A program made the position numbers and the translations under genes. 64,000 bases of DNA from Alphaproteobacteria bacterium. Lineage in GTDB: Bacteria > Pseudomonadota > Alphaproteobacteria > Methylaequorales > Methylaequoraceae. Below, in pieces: positions 59,581 through 64,000 of this stretch (within the stretch, counting starts at the first letter, position 1; each line of letters opens with the position of its first letter). The notes under the pieces were generated by a model that was given only the letters and a program-made list of their open reading frames with translations, made no database searches and was not told the DNA's origin. Where the stretch lies: the NCBI GenBank assembly GCA_045563055.1, contig JBJKUR010000007.1:70913-134912 (forward strand), given 5' to 3'.

Positions 59581-62142
59581 TTAAAGTTTTCCACAGCATC
59601 GTTTGTATTTTTTGCCCGAGTCGCAAAGTGGGCAAATTGAATTTCGAGGTATTTTTTTGTTTCCAGAATCTTCTAAGCTTTGGTTCTTATTATGTCCTTG
59701 AAAGATTTCTGATTCAGATCTTTCTGGTGTAGAAGGCTCAGTCTTTATTTCAACAAAACTAATTATTTTTGTAATGTTGAATCTTATTTGACTCATCATT
59801 TCCTCGAACATTATGAACGCCTCTTGTTTATATTCATTCAACGGATCTTTCTGTCCATAGGCCCTAAGGGAGATACCCTGTCTAAGGTGGTCTAAGGATA
59901 AAAGATGTTCTTTCCAACTTTTATCAATCATTTGAAGCAAAATATTTTTTTGGGCAAAAGTAAATACTTCATTAGAATATTTTGTTTTTTTCAAATTAAT
60001 ATTATCATCTGATTTTCTTTTTATTTCGTTTTTTATATCATCAATTTGCGGGGTTCCTGATAAAAGCTTATCAAATTGGATTTTTATGTTGAGGTTTTTT
60101 TCACAAATATCATTTATTTTTTTTTGATTTTCAGAATCAAGTTGATTGATATCAGATAAATTATCTTCTATGAAATCTTCCACATAGGAATCGCGCATAT
60201 CAATAACAAGATTATCTATATCTGAATCATTAATAATTTCTTTTCTTTGGTCATAAATAATTTTCCTTTGTTCATTCATAACATCGTCAAATCGTAGAAG
60301 ACTCTTTCTAATTTCAAAATTTCTAGCCTCGACTTTTTTTTGAGCTCTTTCCAGCGCTTTTGTTATCCAGGGGTGTTGGATGCTTTCACCATCAGATAAG
60401 CCTAGGGTTTTTAGAACAGAATCTAACTTTTCAGAACCAAAAATTCTCATTAGGTCATCTTCTAGTGATAGAAAAAATTTTGATGACCCAGGATCGCCCT
60501 GTCTCCCAGATCTTCCTCGAAGTTGATTGTCTATTCTTCGCGATTCGTGTCTTTCAGTTCCGACTATATATAATCCGCCAGCATTTAAGGATATTTTTCT
60601 TTGATCTTGTTGAAGCTTAGATTCCTCACTTCCTCCGAGTTTTATATCTGTTCCCCTTCCTGCCATATTTGTTGCAATAGTCACTGCACCGGGTTTTCCA
60701 GCATTTGCAATTATATCAGCCTCTTTGAGATGATTTTTGGCGTTCAGAACTTCATGTTTAATTCCATTTTTTTTTAAAATTTTTGATATGGACTCAGATT
60801 TTTCTATCGATACCGTTCCCACTAAGCATGGTTGATTTTTTTTTTGACAATCTTTTATCAAATGAATAATGGCATCATATTTCTCATCGAGAGTTCTATA
60901 AATTTCGTCCTCATGATCAACTCTGACCATAGATTTATTTGTTGGAATTTCAACAACCTCAAGTTTATAAATATCAAAAAATTCATCTGCTTCAGTTTTA
61001 GCTGTTCCAGTCATACCTGATAATTTATTGTATAATCTAAAATAGTTTTGATAAGTTATTGCAGCTAGAGTCTGATTTTCCACTTGTACCTCTAAATTTT
61101 CCTTTGCTTCAATTGCTTGATGAAGACCTTCAGAAAATCTTCTTCCTTCCATGGCACGACCAGTAAACTCATCAACAATTAAAACTTTACCACTTTGAAC
61201 AAGATAATCTTTGTCTTTTTCAAAAATATACCGGGCTTTTAATGATTGGTTGGTATGATGAAGTAGTGTTACATTGTTAATATCATATAGACTCCCATCG
61301 GTAATTAGTTTTTGTTTCTTAAAAATTCCTTCTAACTTCTCAACCGCCTTATCCGTGAGAACCACACTCTTAGACTTTTCCTCTTTCTCGTAATCTTCTT
61401 TCGATAATGTAGCAATTATTTTATCAACAACCTTATAAAGTTCAGATGAATTCTCCGCTGAACCAGAAATTATCAAAGGTGTTCTAGCTTCATCTATCAA
61501 GATTGAATCTACTTCGTCTATAATTGCATAACTAAATTTACTTTGGACAATCTGATCCTTAGAAAACTTCATATTATCTCTAAGGTAATCAAAACCAAAT
61601 TCATTATTAGTCCCATACGTTATATTTGATTGATAAGCTCTTTTTCTCTCTTCATCGCTCATGTTATTTAAAATAAATCCAGTAGTTAACCCAAGTTTTT
61701 TATAAACGGCACCCATCCATTCGCTATCTCTTTTAGCCAAGTAGTCATTTACAGTTATAATATGAACAGGCTCATCTCTTAACGAGTTTAAGTATGCTGC
61801 TAGTGTTGAGACGAGTGTTTTTCCTTCACCAGTCTTCATTTCTGCAATCATGCCTCGATGGAGTACAATGCCACCCATAATTTGGACATCGTAATGTCTT
61901 TGATTGAGTGATCTTTTCGCGGCCTCCCTGACATTTGAAAATGCATCAGGAATGATTTCTTCTAGATCTCTTCCTTTAGTTACCTGCTCTTTTAAATCTT
62001 TGGTTTTTTTTATTATTTCTTCATCAGAAAATTTTTCGTATAATTTTTCTAAGGAATTAACTTTTTCAACAATAGGAATAATTTTCTTAATAAGTCTATC
62101 GTTTGATGAACCAAAAAGTTTTTTAGATAAAAAGTTTAGCAT
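59581..62142 (-). CDS. secA: preprotein translocase ATPase SecA
   Basis: 853 aa with MKTGEGKTLV, DEVDSILIDEARTPLIISG and the C-terminal zinc motif CPLCDSGKKYKRCCG. Confidence 0.98.
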   Translation of the reverse strand: MLNFLSKKLFGSSNDRLIKKIIPIVEKVNSLEKLYEKFSDEEIIKKTKDLKEQVTKGRDLEEIIPDAFSNVREAAKRSLNQRHYDVQIMGGIVLHRGMIAEMKTGEGKTLVSTLAAYLNSLRDEPVHIITVNDYLAKRDSEWMGAVYKKLGLTTGFILNNMSDEERKRAYQSNITYGTNNEFGFDYLRDNMKFSKDQIVQSKFSYAIIDEVDSILIDEARTPLIISGSAENSSELYKVVDKIIATLSKEDYEKEEKSKSVVLTDKAVEKLEGIFKKQKLITDGSLYDINNVTLLHHTNQSLKARYIFEKDKDYLVQSGKVLIVDEFTGRAMEGRRFSEGLHQAIEAKENLEVQVENQTLAAITYQNYFRLYNKLSGMTGTAKTEADEFFDIYKLEVVEIPTNKSMVRVDHEDEIYRTLDEKYDAIIHLIKDCQKKNQPCLVGTVSIEKSESISKILKKNGIKHEVLNAKNHLKEADIIANAGKPGAVTIATNMAGRGTDIKLGGSEESKLQQDQRKISLNAGGLYIVGTERHESRRIDNQLRGRSGRQGDPGSSKFFLSLEDDLMRIFGSEKLDSVLKTLGLSDGESIQHPWITKALERAQKKVEARNFEIRKSLLRFDDVMNEQRKIIYDQRKEIINDSDIDNLVIDMRDSYVEDFIEDNLSDINQLDSENQKKINDICEKNLNIKIQFDKLLSGTPQIDDIKNEIKRKSDDNINLKKTKYSNEVFTFAQKNILLQMIDKSWKEHLLSLDHLRQGISLRAYGQKDPLNEYKQEAFIMFEEMMSQIRFNITKIISFVEIKTEPSTPERSESEIFQGHNKNQSLEDSGNKKIPRNSICPLCDSGKKYKRCCGKL

Positions 62143-62165
62143 GTCTTTATTTATAGTAATTTTAG

Positions 62166-63425
62166 ATGAAAAAATACATCAAATTTGTTAATTGTACCAA
62201 TATGTCTACAAAAATTTCCCAACTTGCCCCAAGAAAATTAAAAAAAATAGAAATTATTAAGGGTATAAGTGTTTCAATAACACATTGTGGTTTAAAAAAA
62301 AACAACAAAGAAGATTTGATACTTATTAAACTAGACAAGCCAGCAGATATTTTGGGAGTTTTTACAAAATCAAAAACCCCTGGTGAACCAGTTATATGGA
62401 ACAAATCAATTATAAAAAATGGAAAAGTCTCTGTAATTTTAGTTAACTCAGGTAATGCAAATGTTTTCAATGGCTCGTCGGGAAAAAAATCATTAATTAA
62501 AATCGTTAATAAATTATCGGAAAAACTCGGTATTCCGAAGGAAGAAGTTTTTATCGGATCGACTGGAGTAATTGGAGAGCCTCTTGATGAGAGAAAAATA
62601 ATTAAAAAAATTCCATTCCTAATAGCAAATCTTAAAAACGATTCGAACTCTTGGTTGCGAGCCTCAAAAGCTATAATGACAACAGATACCTTTGCAAAAA
62701 CACATTCAGAAAAGCTTAAAGTCGGAAATAATGTCTTGATAAATGGTATTGCAAAGGGATCTGGAATGATAAACCCAAATATGGCAACAATGTTATCTTT
62801 TATCTTCACTAATGCTCAATTTGATTCGAAATTATTTAAATCAAAATTTTATGAAACAGTAGATAAAACATTCAATTCAATAACTGTAGATAGTGATACA
62901 TCAACGAGTGATATGGTTCTTTTTTTTTCTATAAAAAATGAAGAAACTAAACTCTCAAAAAGTCAAAAAAAGGATTTTTTTATTCACCTTGAAAAGTTAA
63001 TGACTGAATTAGCAACTATGATTGTCAAAGATGGAGAAGGTGCATCTAAATTTATAAGAGTTAAGGTTAAAGGTGCTAGGAGTTTTAATGATGCTAAAGT
63101 AATAGCAAAATCAATTGCCAACTCACCTTTAGTAAAGACTGCTATTGCTGGGTCAGATGCTAATTGGGGAAGAGTTGTAATGGCAGTTGGAAAATCGGGA
63201 GTGAAAATAGATCCAAAAAAAATCTCTATCAAATTTGGAAAATTAACAATTTTAACCCCACCCAAAACTTTTTTGCCTAAGAACTTATCTAAAATTGATA
63301 AATATTTAAATAAAAAAGAAGTTGAAATAACAGTCAGTATTGGAAGTGGAAAATTTGAATGGACAATTTATACATGCGACTTTACACAAAAATATATTAC
63401 AATTAATAAGGACTACAGAACTTGA
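62166..63425 (+). CDS. argJ: bifunctional ornithine acetyltransferase / N-acetylglutamate synthase
   Basis: NPNMATMLSFIFTNA self-cleavage site and GSDANWGR. ATG 62202 is an equally plausible start. Confidence 0.9.
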   Translation: MKKYIKFVNCTNMSTKISQLAPRKLKKIEIIKGISVSITHCGLKKNNKEDLILIKLDKPADILGVFTKSKTPGEPVIWNKSIIKNGKVSVILVNSGNANVFNGSSGKKSLIKIVNKLSEKLGIPKEEVFIGSTGVIGEPLDERKIIKKIPFLIANLKNDSNSWLRASKAIMTTDTFAKTHSEKLKVGNNVLINGIAKGSGMINPNMATMLSFIFTNAQFDSKLFKSKFYETVDKTFNSITVDSDTSTSDMVLFFSIKNEETKLSKSQKKDFFIHLEKLMTELATMIVKDGEGASKFIRVKVKGARSFNDAKVIAKSIANSPLVKTAIAGSDANWGRVVMAVGKSGVKIDPKKISIKFGKLTILTPPKTFLPKNLSKIDKYLNKKEVEITVSIGSGKFEWTIYTCDFTQKYITINKDYRT

Positions 63426-63835
63426 ATAAACCAATTATTGTAGTGGCATGCGTAATTAATAAAGGGAATAAGATCTTAATTAGTTCAAGACCAGCAGGAA
63501 AGGATTTTTATGGATTTTTTGAGTTTCCAGGAGGAAAAGTAAAATCCGGTGAATATTTAATGGAAGCATTACACAGGGAAATATTTGAAGAATTAGGAAT
63601 AAATCTTAAATTAAACAAAATTTTATTTTTGAATAATTATAGAGTCTATCAAAGAAAAAAAATGTTAAGTTTAAATTTCTTTTTTTGTGATAGTTGGCTA
63701 GGTAAAATAAAAAATAATGAAAATCAACTTGTAGAGTGGGTAACACTAAAAGAACTAAGATCTTTCAAGATTTTATCATCAAATAAAAATTTTTTGATAG
63801 ACTTACCTTTTCTTATTTTTCCATCCGCAAACTGA
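63422..63835 (+). CDS. mutT: NUDIX hydrolase (MutT-like)
   Basis: Nudix box GGKVKSGEYLMEALHREIFEELGI. TTG start. Confidence 0.75.
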   Translation: MNKPIIVVACVINKGNKILISSRPAGKDFYGFFEFPGGKVKSGEYLMEALHREIFEELGINLKLNKILFLNNYRVYQRKKMLSLNFFFCDSWLGKIKNNENQLVEWVTLKELRSFKILSSNKNFLIDLPFLIFPSAN

Positions 63836-64000
63836 AACAATATCACAGTTAAGTTTGAGCCCTTCCAAATCCTGAAATTCATTTTTGTAAATCTCATTCA
63901 GGGTGTTTATATAATTATTAGTTATCAACCCTTTCATTCTAGACTTTAATAAACAATTTTCTCCAGTACCTTTGAGATCTTCTATGATTTTTCTTACGTT
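63803..64000 (-). CDS. 3' end of an unidentified gene entering from the right edge (partial)
   Basis: The minus-strand frame is open for 65 codons from the window edge to TAA 63805-63803 (..NVRKIIEDLKGTGENCLL..CGWKNKKR*). No family recognised. Confidence 0.3.
   Translation of the reverse strand, partial: NVRKIIEDLKGTGENCLLKSRMKGLITNNYINTLNEIYKNEFQDLEGLKLNCDIVSVCGWKNKKR

Noticed and set aside
62162-62809. 215-aa ORF antisense to argJ, together with similar long antisense ORFs inside groEL (36469-37245), dxs, mcm and cobT.
   Set aside because: These are shadow ORFs on the opposite strand of strongly supported genes. Their composition is low-complexity and they have no recognisable motifs.

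Overview
A very AT-rich, tightly packed chromosomal segment with about 70 genes, tiny intergenic spacers and many ATGA/TAATG overlaps. Gene content and synteny look alphaproteobacterial: class I LysRS, a cobS/cobT-like pair with J-domain and bolA genes, aroK-aroB next to a hypothetical gene and xerD, and CIRCE-controlled groESL. I could not confirm taxonomy without a search. I found no rRNA, tRNA, CRISPR, transposase or prophage signal. The main blocks are: (1) 1.3-17.7 kb, a tetrahydromethanopterin (H4MPT)/methanofuran-linked formaldehyde oxidation island with fae, mtdB, mch, fhcB-fhcD-fhcC, mptG and about a dozen cofactor-biosynthesis genes; fhcA is not present. (2) 17.7-30.3 kb, a hopanoid cluster (hpnM-like, hpnA, ispH, hpnH, hpnG, shc, hpnE, hpnD, dxs, hpnC, hpnB-like). 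(3) 30.4-32.4 kb, a porin-like outer membrane protein and ctaA. (4) 32.5-40.4 kb, assimilatory sulfate reduction (cysH, cysD, cysNC, and cysI flanked by DUF2849 and DUF934) split by groESL. (5) 40.5-64 kb, housekeeping genes plus methylmalonyl-CoA mutase, an HTH-MeaB fusion and malyl-CoA lyase. The most striking sequence-level observation is about 12 reading-frame breaks. Every one is repaired by deleting exactly one base, usually in a homopolymer, and they cluster in the H4MPT cofactor genes and the mcm region. The uniform sign suggests base-calling artefacts, but this needs read-level verification. Other items worth a second look are the missing fhcA, hpnE with no canonical start codon (an ATT is the best candidate), the HTH-MeaB fusion, cysJ-less sulfite reductase with two DUF partners, and a perfect 19-bp palindrome upstream of the porin-like gene. 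All family assignments come from motif recognition by eye; no database search was run.
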